From Macrostomum hystrix (lineage: Eukaryota; Animalia; Platyhelminthes), in assembly GCA_950097015.1 (NCBI GenBank), contig CATNEN010000030.1, forward strand, positions 4,092,001-4,156,000: 64,000 nt of DNA, read 5' to 3'. Within the stretch, counting starts at the first letter, position 1. Every line of letters starts with the position of its first letter. A program made the translations under genes and the position numbers. The notes below the pieces were generated by a model. It worked only from the letters and a program-made list of their open reading frames with translations, ran no database searches and was not told where the DNA came from. Shown here one piece after another: positions 22,849 to 35,443 of this stretch.

Positions 22849-25719
22849 CTATTGCTTCTGGTTTTGCTTGTCTCCGTCGTGATATTCACCCAAGAAGCTG
22901 CCATCTTCGTTGAACTTGCCCACTGCGAATAAATATTCACAAAACGGAAGTTATGTAATGCAAAATTGTACAGAAATGATACTACTGCAAAATTTTACAG
23001 ACCAAAAAACCTATTCTGAGTTCGAAAAATGTTTCAAAAGGATGAAAAACCCGATACGTGAACCCAAAAATGAAGTATTCGAAAACTCACTGTCTAGTTC
23101 GTCGTCTTTGTATTCGTCCAATTCCTTGTCGTCACGACTGCCGATAGAAACGGCAGAATTCAGTGAAGCCCGTCTGCCATGCATTGGAGCTTCTTCAAGC
23201 GGCTGGTACTCTTTAAAGTGCTCCTCCTTGGCCTCCAGATCAGGGTTATTGCCCTGCTGGCGCTCCTTCTCATCCACCATGTAAGTTTGACCAGAATCTT
23301 TTCGGATAAGGAGAACGAGCAAAATGATGGCGATAATTACGATAAGAACAGCTAGACTGATTCCAGCAATGAGGCCTGCGCTGGCACTGGTTGGTTGCTG
23401 CGGGACGTCGCTAATCCACTCAAAGCCAAGGCCCATGCTCAACTCGCTCAGTTGATTGCCGATGTCGAAGTCGGTCGAGTAGAAGCACGTCTTGTCGGCT
23501 CGGCAGTCATATCCTCTGAAGGACACAGAGGGCTGCCCGTAGCGCTCCTTGTGCAAGCGAAGATTAGAAACTTTCGAAACATCGACCTCCTTGAACCCGA
23601 AGTTAAAAACTGGCGTCAATGTCTTGTACCTCTGCAATATCTCAATTACATTCCGGTTGCGAGTAGGCAACACTTTGAACAGTAGGCGATTCGTCACTGG
23701 ATCAAACAGTGATTCAGAAATTTCCTTTGCATGGATGCTGTGGATGTTCTCGAGCAGCTCGTCGTCGATTCTAAAATAGGCAGTGACCTTGATACCAGCC
23801 TTTTTAAGCGAATGAGTCAGGTCCGAATTCAGTGAGATCTCAAAGATGCCACCTCGTTTGTTGGAACATTTTTGCACAGAACAATCCTTGGCAAACGTTC
23901 GATTGAAGCTGAGAATCGAAGGCCTTTTTAGGAATATAACATTGCTGCTGCTCTGAACACTGTACGATGGAAGTCCAACCTTGTTTGCGTCGGCAGGGCT
24001 CACTTCTGCGTTGCAAACAAGTCGATGAGTGAAGTTCAAGTAAGTGGAAGGATCCGAATACGGAACCCTTGATATAGTCAAGTTAAGGGTCTTTGTTTCA
24101 TTCTGAGAAGTAATTGACTGACTGACTGTAGAATCAGACGATGAGAACAGACTGTTAAACTGTGGTAAGTCGAGTTTCCTCCATTTCTGCTGCGCATCGG
24201 AAATAGTGTGAAATTCCGGAGCGATGCTGACTCTGTCCATATTAGTGAAGTAGACCGTGCAGTTGTAGGATAGTGTCTCATTCTCCATTGCATAAACAAC
24301 TGATGGTAAGTCGCCTGACACGATCTGACCTTCGTTTTCATGTAACCTGGTGAGAAACTGTGGCATCGAGACTATTTTCACGTCAAAAGTGAAGCTTTTT
24401 CCGCCAGCCTCGCACCTGTATGCACCTGAGTCACTTTCAAATAGTTCAGGAAGAAATTCAATGAGGTTGCCTTTTTTGAAAATTCTCAGTCCTTTATAAG
24501 ATTTCCAATCATCGGTGCTACTTGGCACAAGACGCTGATTACCATGGTAGAAACTGTATGGTTGAGTGGGATCATCACAGATGATTGGACACACTAGCGG
24601 AGTGTAGTCCATGCCTGCAAAGATCCTTACTGACTGTGATGTACTCGTACCAACAAGAGAACACTGCCGCAGCATAGATCCTCGCGGCAGATAACTCACA
24701 AGGCTTGTCGGTATTATATGCTTCACCTCATCAATTTTCCTATATGCTCGGGTCTGACCAGCCAAGGACGTCAAAGAACAGATAGCAATCTCTTTGGAAT
24801 GCATGTTTTTAAAAAATCTATACATTTCTGTCGTAAGAGCGTGAGTTGAGTAATACAACTTCCCATCGTCCAAGCTCAAGGCCCAGTGCGTGAGCAGATT
24901 AATATTCTTCGGGTTAATCTTTGAAAAATAGTTGACAAACATGGAGATAAAGGGCGAACTATATGATTGGCAGTCGCCAGAATCAAACTGCAACATGGCG
25001 CCAATATTTATTTTCGCTTTGATGAATGCTGGTGCAGAGCTGATCATAGCAACAATTTGGGGATCAATGAACTGAAAGCTGGAAAACGAATCGCTTGTAC
25101 TCGAAGAATTCGTCTGGATCAGGAAGTTGATTGCGTCATCTGTTAGAAATCGTTGATAATAGTTGTTAATGATGACACCTGGCTTATTAACAGTTAAACT
25201 TGATTTGCTGATTGCATTCAGATTGTATACAAAAAGACTGTTGGACGAAATTGATCCACTAGTAAAATCCACACGAACTTGCAGCTGAACATTCTGAGAA
25301 AAGGCTGTGTCGTAGGTTTGCATGGAGTCAAAAAGTGTGAAGTGGTAATCGACACCTTCTCTACCGCTCACCTTACCGATGGTAAATGGCATTGTGCTGC
25401 CACAGTACGGTGTACTCAACTGATCACTGTCGAGTGCTACTTCCACACTAGCACTAGAATCTGAGCACTTGTATTCTAGAATCTTGAAACCGGAGCTGCT
25501 GCTGACGTCACCTCCGATGTTGATCCGGATAATGAGTTTCTTGTCCTTGTTAAGGAAGGCCAGCTTATTTGAGACGCCAACTTCCCAGACATCGTCCCAC
25601 GAGAGCATTATATTGTTTGACTGTGAGTAGACGAACTGCGGCGACTTTTGAGCACAACTGACAGCCAGCAGTGCCGCTAGCAAAGCAATGAGTAGCAATG
25701 GGCTTTGGCTCCAAGGCAT
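22849..25719 (-). CDS. Paralog B: type I membrane protein with a novel Ig-containing ectodomain and an L1CAM/neuroglian-type cytoplasmic tail
   Basis: Exon 1 25719-23091 (ATG after an attgcag acceptor; donor A|gtgagt) and exon 2 22922-22849 (attcgcag|TG GGC AAG...TAG). Features: signal peptide, I-set-like Ig strand DSGAYRCEAGG, second Ig-like unit (NCTV...LVCNAEV), TM AGLIAGISLAVLIVIIAIILLVLLI, tail RKDSGQTYMVDEKE...FKEYQPL...ELDEYKDDELDMGKFNEDGSFLGEYHDGDKQNQKQ*. Confidence 0.9.
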
Positions 25720-28490
25720 CTGCAATAAGAATCAGAAAATGTAGTAAGTACAGATTTTGCTAAAATAGATCAATAATAAAAAGTTGACTAAAGATGTAAG
25801 CATCTGCTAATCATATGACTAGATAAATTAGGTCCTGTTTCTACTTTGATAGAGCACTCGTGCTCTTTTGTTGTTATTTTTGAGTGGCGCAGATATAAAA
25901 ACGAAAACTAAACACAAACTAAAACTCTTTACGAACTAAAAGAAGAACTTTTTACATTTATGTAAGAAAAAAATTATACTTGACCAACGTGAACAATTTG
26001 TGGTATTACAAACTGTAGTGAATTAACTTTTTTTCTTTTTTTCAGCGCAGCATTTTTAAGCGGACATTGCGGAGATGGTGTCACCGACTGCATAGCGATG
26101 ACACGGTGATAAGCTAAACAAAGAGGTAAAAAGTGGATAATTACTACAGGGATTAGTCGAAACGACATTAGCAAAATAAAGCTGCTTTTGAAGGAAATTT
26201 CAAATAGTTAAGTTGCAGTTCAAAGTATACACCTTTAAAAGGTTGGATTTTAGTTGCAAAAAAGAGGGACAGAAAAAATTAACCATTTGACAACATAGCG
26301 CAGGCCAATGAAAGCTGGAAAGCAGGCTTATAAAACATTGACTCGCAAAGAAAAAAGAGAGCGCAGCGAAAAACCGCATTCGAAATATTATAGCCTACAA
26401 ATACATATATATATATATATATCGTACAAGTTCTCAGCTTCGCACTCAGCTCCGATAAAAAGTGCCGTGTCAGGAACACCAGTCCGGAAACTTTTGCAGC
26501 ACCCCTCGTACTTACAGATTAAATCAGGCAAAACTAATAAGGAAACACAGGGCAAGCGTATAATAATAGATAAGAATTTTTAATCCAGCCAAAGTAGGCA
26601 ACAGCTGGCAATGGAAAGTGGGCTCATCAGCATGACACGTCCGCCCTTCCTACATCAAGCTATTAACGGAAATGTAATTAATTTCTACCAACCCTATGAT
26701 GCTTCTGGCCGTTAGGAAGCTGTGATGTACGTTGATTTTTAAGCAAGGAAAGGCGAAGGAAGGGCTTTTGAAAAATAATAAGCGGTAACTATGAATACAC
26801 TGATGTAGACTGAAATATGCGTTTACAATCTAAACCAAGCCGATGTTAAACTGCTTGACAACCGTATGCTCACAGAAGAAGTTAAAAATAGCTAGAACTA
26901 ACAGATTTAAACGCTTTATTGCTTGTAGCCCAATAATTAGAGCTTCGGACTTAATTAGATCTTAAACAAGACACTAAATTTATTCAGGTTACCCAGCTTC
27001 AAGAAATTTGCTTTAGCATTAGCTGGGGTAAAAATTCTGGTGACCCAGTCCATAGGCTGAACAGGTGTCATTTCTGTGGGCCCAACTGGGTAAGGTGCTA
27101 TAATAATTCATTCTTTCATTTTTAATGGCTTAAATGAACCCAATTTAGGGCAGTATAAACGCATGTGCAGGGGTAGCAAATTTACAATATGCTTTTTAAA
27201 GAAGCGGCAAAAAAATTAAGATAAAAAAACTGAAATTTTATACGGACTGAACAAGTTTTCTATGAAGTCCAATCAATGAATTCAGCATTGACAATGACAA
27301 TGACCGGGACTAACTGTAAATAGTAAACAATGCTAGCGAAATTTAAAAAGTAAAAAAGCGACAGAAAAAGCGATAACTTTAGTTTGTGATTATAATAGTA
27401 CATAGAAATTGTACTTAACGGCAACTGTGGAGACGCGAGAAAAAAACTATTTTTTGCTTTAAAAAGCGACCAACATTACACTATACTAGATATGCTATTA
27501 AATGTTTTACTCGTAGTTGCATAGTTGAACAGAACTAATAACAGACAAATTGCAGTTTCAAATTCAACAAAATTTGCAATTCGAAAAAACGACTCGCATT
27601 GATTGCACACAGAGTAGCATAGTATCGCATTGTGCGTGTGTGTGTGTGTGCGTGGTTGCTCAGCTCGCAGCGCCCTAGCAAAGCCAGTCTGTACGCAGTC
27701 ACGACAAGTAAAACCCCATCCATTTAAGGAAAGGTCTTCACAAAAACGCAGCTACAGCCCCAGAAATGAGAGAGAGAGAGAGACCTTGGTTTCCTAGAAA
27801 AAACTTAGTCCGTTCAAACCCCCCACACACATTCCCAAGCACAAGCCCGGGAGGCAGGCTGATTGTGCGCGCACACACATACCAAACACAGCATACGAAA
27901 GCCAGTGAAGGGAAGATGCTGATATGTATGTAGTACGTGTACACACACATGCATGTATTTAGCTTGAACTAGTCTATACTTACTAGCAGGCTAGGGGCAA
28001 AGTCAAATATCCATAGATTCAGTTCACATGTATATACGAGCATTATATTATAATTTATAATTTAACTGCGAATTTAGTTTCAATTTTTTACTGTGGCAAG
28101 TGTGACACTAAACCACACACACGCAAACACACGCAGATGCAGCAGACCTATTTGACTTCAGTTTGTAACAAGAAATTAAAAATAAAAGCAACTAACCCTT
28201 TAAAATAACATGAGATTTCAACAATCCTCTTTTTTTAGCACAAATATTGCGAGAGATATGCGAGGTATAAGAGAAAATGTTTCTTTTGCTCAGACTGCAT
28301 TAAATATGCAGTCGATATGAAATAGATAGTTTGCGAAACAAGCAAATTGAGAGCTATAATAATAATGCGAAAATAAACTAATGTTGTTTAAACTTTGCTT
28401 TCTTAAAAAAACGAGCAATTCACTGCCTATGTAATCAGTCACCTGTCACTTTATCATATGATATTTGCCTTGCATGTAGATTTTTTACTT

Positions 28491-31400
28491 TTAAACCTGG
28501 TGGGCGTTGAAGGCGTCGCGTCGGCGAGCATCGGTGGAGTAGTCGCCAATGAAGGAGCCGTCCTCCACGAACTTAGCTGCAAAATCGGATTTTGTTTAGT
28601 TTTGTATGCATTTGTGTGGGAAAAATTGCTAACTCATTGCCAATCTGTGTGAATTACAACCAGACAAACCCCGCGCACAAGAAGAAGGTGAAGCCAGGTA
28701 AGAGATAACAGATAAGAGATAACGGGCCCATAATTTACTGTGCCTAGGCCCAGTTGAAAGGACGCTGCACCAACGGAAGGGCTTATCTAAAAAAGCGAGC
28801 CAAATGCTATCCGAACAAAATGCTAACTTGCCAAGATCAATGCGCTCGTAGCTTAGTTCACTGCCATTTGGGACAGCAAAACTGCCATAAATTTCTACGA
28901 AACTAAAGTCTGGCTTCTTTCAATACTTCGCCATTCACAACCTCTTTAATATATTCTGCAAAAAAAACAAGAGGCCCACAATAATGGTCTGCCAAGCAAT
29001 TATTTTAGGCATATTTAACGTAAAAACGCTAATGGGGATTTCTAAACACGTGACCGAATCTTAAACCACGCTCGTACCGAAAGGCAAGTCATTGTCAGGG
29101 TCCCACGGTGGGGACACACAATAAAGTATTTTTACAACAAATGTCGTGTTTAACCCTCCTCCTGACCCAAGGCTAATTGTAATTCAGCCCACACTCACTG
29201 CAGTCGATGTCATCGTTGCCATACTCCTCCAGCTCCTGGTCGTCTTTACTAGCAGCAGAAATGCTGGATCCCATAGACAGCCGACTGGCTTTTAGTGGGC
29301 CCTCTTCTGGTCTCTGGTACTCCTTGAACTGCTCCTCCTTGGCCTCCTGCTCTGGATGGTTGCCCTGTTGGCGCTCCTTCTCGTCCAACAGGTAGGTCTG
29401 GCCGGTGTCCCGACGCAGCAGGAAGACAATAAGTACGGCAATGATTAGCAGCAAAACAATCGCTAGTATGATGCCAACAATAATGCTGGAGCCAGCCCTG
29501 GTTGGTTCGTTGACAACTGGCTGATCTTTGAACTCTAGACCGAGCATGAGGCCCTGGAGTGTGCTATTGGCGTCAAAATCAGTCGAATAGAAGCATAAAT
29601 CATCGCCACGGCAGTCGCGAACGCCGGCTACAAGATCCGGCTGGCCGTATCGCCTCTTATCGAATACTAGATTGGGCGCCTTGCTGCCTTCCTTGTAGCG
29701 AAAGTTAAAAACCGGGGTCAACGTCTTGCGCATCTGCAGCTCTTTTAGCACCTCTGGTTTGGTGATCGGATTAACCTTGAAAGTTAGCTTGGTGGACGCA
29801 TTGTCGTAAGAAATCTCGGCAACGCCGGGCGCATTCAATACTTTGACGAACTCCTGATAAGCTTTGTCAATCTTGAAGTAGCCCGTCACCGTCACGCCGA
29901 TTGAGGTTAGATAGGCGACAAGGTCCGGCTTGAGGGAGAACTGGAAGTATGCACCCTGCGCGGCGGTGCAAGATTGTAATGAGCAGTTCTTTGCCATGCT
30001 GAAGCTGCTCAGTAAAGGACGGCTAAGGAAGAAAACATTGCTGCCACTATTCACACTATAGGACGGCATGCCAATTTTCTCGGCGACTGACGTGGCCACC
30101 GACACCTCGCACACGGCGCGGTGGGTGAAATTAATCATTGGCGCAGTCTTGGCAGGCGGCACCCTGCCGATTTTGTAAGTGAGCGTTAGGGACTCTGCCT
30201 GTGACGTTGGTGTTACCGATAGTGGCTTGTCGCCAGAACTAGGTGCTACTATTGAATTGAAATCGACCAGATTGAACTTGCCCCATTTTTCGCCGTCCTT
30301 ACCTAACTTGCCCCATTTGTCGTCACTATAACTATAAAACACTGGAGTGATAAAAGTAGAATTCGCATCGGTGACATATGCAGTGCAATTGTACAGTAGA
30401 CCTTCGCCCTCCATGGCGTATATAGTCGATGGCAAATAGCCAGAAATCACTGACGAGCTAGGAGAAGCGAATAGAGGCATCGAAATCACCTTAGTGTCAA
30501 ACTGGAATTTCAAACCACCAGTCTCGCACCTGTAAACGCCGGAGTATCTATTATCTAAAGTAGGAGGAAACTCGATGACGTTGCCCATATTTAACACTCG
30601 AATCCCATTCACCGACGAAGGGACCGAAATCAGTCTCTTTTCGCCGTGGTAGAAACGGTACTCCTGATTTGGATCGTCGCATATGATCGGACAAACAAAC
30701 GGAGTATAGTCCATACCAGAAAATATAGTCACAGACTTTTTAGCTGAGTCAACGATTCTGCAACTCGGATTTTTGCTGCTAAGTGACGGGTAAATGAATT
30801 CACTTTTGTCTATCTTATTAGTAATACTAAATGACAACTCGTACGGCTGATGCTCGCCTGCAATCGAGAGAAAACTGCAAATACTATGTTGAGGCGAAGT
30901 ATTTTTAGCGTGGAATTTACGCATTGCTGAGCTGAGGCCATAGCGCGAAAAGTGCAGTAGGCCAGTCTCCGTGTCCAAGTTTATGTGCTTCAACAGATTC
31001 TGGTTCTGATCGTTTAACCTCGAATTTTTGTTGACAAAAAGTGAGGCTCGAGAACTTTGATAATTTTCGCAGAAGCCGGAATCGAAGTAAACCATGGCGC
31101 CAATGCTGATCTTTGATTTAAGAAAATCTGGAGCATTTTTTATCATTCTGATTATGTCAGGATCAAGAAACTGAATACTAGTAATATTTTCGGGCATCTC
31201 CATTCTCTGCAGAAAGCTGACAGCTGCGTCTGTCAGAAACGGTTTTTCCATCTTTTTAAAGACATTTAAATTCCATATGAACAGGCTGTTGGATACAATC
31301 TTGCCAGACGTGTGCTCTACATGCACTTGCAGTTCGATTTTGTCAGTAAATGCGTGTGAATACGACAGGCTGGATTCCAGCAGAATGAACTCAAACTGTT

Positions 31401-31734
31401 TGTCACTTCTTAGAGTAATCGAAAATGGCATTGCATCAGAGCAGTAAATTTCAGGTTTACTTATTTTCAATGATTCCAAGTCCATGCCGGACATCTCAGC
31501 GCCCGGGTGGCACTTAAAGTGGAGACTCCTACTAACATTTCCTTCAACTACAATTTTTATGATCAGCCGCCTGTTAGTATGTAAAAATGCCAGACAATTG
31601 GGGGAGCCAACTTCCCAGATTTCATCCCATATCAGCATGACTTTGTTGGTCCGTGAATATTTAAATCTTGGTTTTTCATATGCTGCTATAGTGACAGCAA
31701 TGATGCAGAATAATGTGCCATACCTGAACAACAT
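28491..31734 (-). CDS. Paralog C: type I membrane protein with a novel Ig-containing ectodomain and an L1CAM/neuroglian-type cytoplasmic tail
   Basis: Exon 1 31734-29199 (cacttcag|caatcATG; donor A|gtgagt) and exon 2 28576-28491 (attttgcag|CT AAG TTC...TAA). Colinear with paralog B along its whole length (YSGVYRCETGG; TM IIVGIILAIVLLLIIAVLIVFLL); tail RRDTGQTYLLDEKE...FKEYQRP...LEEYGNDDIDCTKFVEDGSFIGDYSTDARRRDAFNAHQV*. Confidence 0.9.
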
Positions 31735-32555
31735 GATTGCTGAAGTGAAATGTGAAAGACAAATGTATATTAGGTCAAATAAAAACAATTTTGTAAGGTC
31801 TGAACCAACACAGGTAGGTTAGGGTGATTTCAAGGAAATTCAAATTTGGGTTTTGATCTTTTTTCAATTTTGCAAATTTCTGATTTAAACAAAACTCTTA
31901 AAAGCATTCAAAAATAGATTCTTGGGATTTTATTATGTGCAGAAATATTTTTCAATGACAGTACATGATTACGGCTTATCTATAAAAAGTCCATAATCTG
32001 CAATCATTAGCATAAAATTTCTCCGTAACAATAACAAAAAATATGGCTACAAAAAAGCTGCTCCAGTCATATGCTGTAACCATAACTGTCATTACAGTGG
32101 AACACTATGTAGTTTAGATTGAAAAGAAATATACATATTTTAGTTTTAAGAGAAAACAATATAAATATAGAGGATATAGAGGAAACAATTTAACTTCATG
32201 CATCAGTAAAACTATTTTTATTAAAAAACTTCAAATGATATAAAGTAGGCTAGCAGTTTAAGCTTCATGCATCAGTTTAACTAGGCCCTATTCTTATTAA
32301 AAAACTTTAACATTTAGATATTATATTTAGAAAAAATTGTACAATATATTTTCAAAATTAAACTACTTTTCTACAACTTTGTGAATATTTGTTACTATAC
32401 TATTTAGCTAGTAAGAAAAGTTACAAAAAATACATAAGCAAATAGATGCAAAAAGCCATCCAAGTAGGCCTAGTGTCCAAAGCTAAAAAATGGAGAAATA
32501 TTTTATCTTTAAGAATAAAGGATAATAAAGCATTTTTAATATGGCTAGGACTAAA

Positions 32556-32671
32556 CGTTAGCAACATTTTACCAGGTGGTAAAAACCGCTAACTTCACTG
32601 CAGGGTAATGTGTTGACATTACTATGCCATAAAGTTAGTGGTTTTTACAGCGCGGTAAAATGTCGCTAATG
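32556..32671. mobile_element. Small inverted-repeat element (MITE-like hairpin)
   Basis: CGTTAGCAACATTTTACCAGGTGGTAAAAACCGCTAACTT pairs imperfectly with AAGTTAGTGGTTTTTACAGCGCGGTAAAATGTCGCTAATG; no TSD was established. Confidence 0.5.
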
Positions 32672-33698
32672 TACACCTAACTAATATTATTTGAATAAAC
32701 TAGATTAGCTTGGTTCCTAATTAATTTCAATAGGAATAAAAATGGAGACAATATTTGTATTATTCAACAGCTGTATAGCTACTTAGATCATAAACGAAAG
32801 AATGTGAAATACCTGTATTAGATAAGGTATAAGTACAATACTAATGCGAGGAGCAAAATATATATGTACATAGATGCAGATGCACATAGATTTTTCAATT
32901 AAAAAGTAATTTTGACTATTGATAGATTTTTCAAATGATAAAAAATCTAATATAAATGAGTACTAAACAAAATGTTACAGGCAGCAAAAAGTTCCTTACA
33001 ATGCTAGATAAAAATATACTGGTTTTGTTAAAAAATATTTTAAATTGACTGTTGTAACACTTAACAGTGTCAATACTCAATAGGTAAGGCCTGTACATGA
33101 GTAAAATAAAAAAATTAGTTCTTTGCATTGACAAACGGCATTATTACGGCATACGAGCAATTCGTATGACACTAGCTAAGACACATGTTTATAGAGAATT
33201 GTAAACGTGTTAAAGATGCTTCAGGGTACGTAAACTTTAGAAAAGTACTGGAGAAAGCTTCGTTCCCTAAAATAAAAGAAAAAATTGAAGGAAGTACTTC
33301 GATAGGTCGTTCTCAATTATTGGGTTCTTTGTTTTGAATTAAAAAACATTAAGCTTTCGCATTAAATTAACTAAATTTTAATGTGCTGCCAGTCAATTCG
33401 GCGACAGGATAATTCGGCGACAACCAATTTGGCGACAAGTCAGTTCGACGACAAGTAGGCCTATATAGCTATTATTAAACTGGACAAAAAAGCCCTTTCG
33501 AAAACCTCTGTCTGCCGCTTGCTAAGATAGAAATTTATAAAGTAAAACAAATTTGTAATTTTAATTCCATTTTAGCTTAGTTTAAATTACTGATACTAGA
33601 ACGCTAAGACATAGTTAGAAGCAGAGAGCGTATGCACCAGACGAAACTATATGAATTTGTTTATCTAAACCGTAAAAAACAAATACGATTTACAGATG

Positions 33699-33879
33699 AA
33701 TGAATTAATAACATGAAGAAAAAACTATGCCTTCCTTGGCATGAGGTCAACAAACAAGACAGAGTTAAACCCATACTATGTCTAGTAAGGTTTAACACAC
33801 ACACATGGTTTAACTCTGTATTGTTTGTTGACCTCATGCCAAGGAAGACATAGTTTTTTCTTCATGCTATTAATTCATT
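33699..33879. repeat. Long near-perfect inverted repeat (~75-bp arms, ~30-nt loop)
   Basis: Left arm AATGAATTAATAACATGAAG...CAGAGTTAAACCCAT versus the reverse complement of the right arm: 3 mismatches and 1 indel. Confidence 0.92.
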
Positions 33880-34155
33880 AATATACATTAAGTAGCCTTA
33901 ATAATTTAAAAGAACATGTTCTCGGAACAAAGAACATGTTCGGATTTGCCTATTAGGCGACCGTCGCACATGTTCGATTACTGTTTCTTAGACCCTATCT
34001 CTGTCAACACGGGTGTCATGTTATTAATTCATTAATATACATTAAGTAGCCTTATTAATTTAAAAGAACATGTTCACGGAACAAAGAACATGTTCGGAGT
34101 TGCCTATTAGACGACCGTCGCGCATGTTCGATGTAGCCTAAGAGTCGTCAACACG
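33864..34155. repeat. Direct tandem duplication of about 150 bp abutting the hairpin
   Basis: TATTAATTCATTAATATACATTAAGTAGCCTTA...GAACATGTTC...GTCAACACGG occurs at about 33868 and again at about 34022. Confidence 0.9.
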
Positions 34156-35443
34156 GCTGCCAATTATTATCCTCTAACCATTGGCAATCTGTTCAGTCCT
34201 TTAAGGCTCCCAATGGATAGAAATTGCCCAGTCTCCACGCACGTATGGCACTCACTCTGGAATTTCCTTTCTTAATTTGGATTTTATCCCCTGCTTCAAT
34301 CTGGTTATTAACCTTCCTTTCTTTATTCAATTTGACTCTGAGAAATAATCAACACAGAACTCAATTTCAATCTAATTTAATACACGGCTATTATTCAGGG
34401 GCCTTTAGCCAAAATGTCAAGGTCTGCCTTTTTTGCCTCCGCGAGCGGTTATATTTATGTTCCCCGTCCCCACAAGGGAGAGGGGAGAATGTTAACACTT
34501 TAAAAAAACCCTTCGAGTAAAATAAATGTTTTGGCAGGAATTTGACTTAAAATTTATACGGTATTAAAGTTACTGGGTCTGCCTCACTTGTAACTTATTG
34601 TTAAAAGAATATGATATTTTAGTTAACCTTAGAAAACTGTACTGTATTCATGTGTAAGATATCAATGTGTAAAATGTAAGATGTGCGTATTTTCGTGAAA
34701 TTATGTCCCTGCACCTACAGTATATATTTTTAAATCGGTAGGGCTTATTCACATTTTGTACAGCTAAAGTAAAAAGGAAGTGCAAAGGATTGTCCTTCGT
34801 TTTTGTTCTTATTTCGATTGACGGTTTTTTGTTTCTGTTGTAAGCTGCAAATTGGCAAAATATTTTAATCCATAGACTATAGGCCTAGTCTATTACTTTA
34901 CTCTGATGACGATATTAAATTATCATCTATCATGAATCAATGCTATTTATCTAATGTACAATTTTCATGTGTTTTTATGGCTACTAAACCAGGCTTAAAA
35001 TTCTCAATATTAGTGAGAGTGATATACTGATAATGATAAGAGTGTTTAAATAAGTGGAAAATGTTGGACATTACAACATATGATAAGCGGCATTCTTTCC
35101 AAAATCATTGTTAAGCAGTTTTTTTCTGAAAAGTTTCATTTTAAATCAATGCAACAATTTCGAATTTTGATTACATTGATTGAATTTCTTGGCACTTAAT
35201 GAACTGGGGCTGCTTCTGGTGTTCTAGGGAACTTGTCAGTTGCAAATGTTCAGTGCGGGGGGATAAAAGCAAAATGTTTGACACACTTAGCAGTGTCTAG
35301 ACCTATGGCCAATAGGGAAGATCTGGTTAGTGGGTGGGGAAGTATTAGGCCTAGCACTTCTGCTAACATGCTGTACTAATTTTCTACTGTTAACTAGGGG
35401 GCCTTACACATACTTAAAGTCTATTAACACCATGCCACTACAA

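Noticed and set aside
23011-23090. ORF-track C-termini of paralog B (SEFSNTSFLG...) and paralog C (SECGLNYN, 29173-29198)
   Set aside because: Read-through into introns; both have a gtgagt donor at the equivalent position and a conserved downstream exon.
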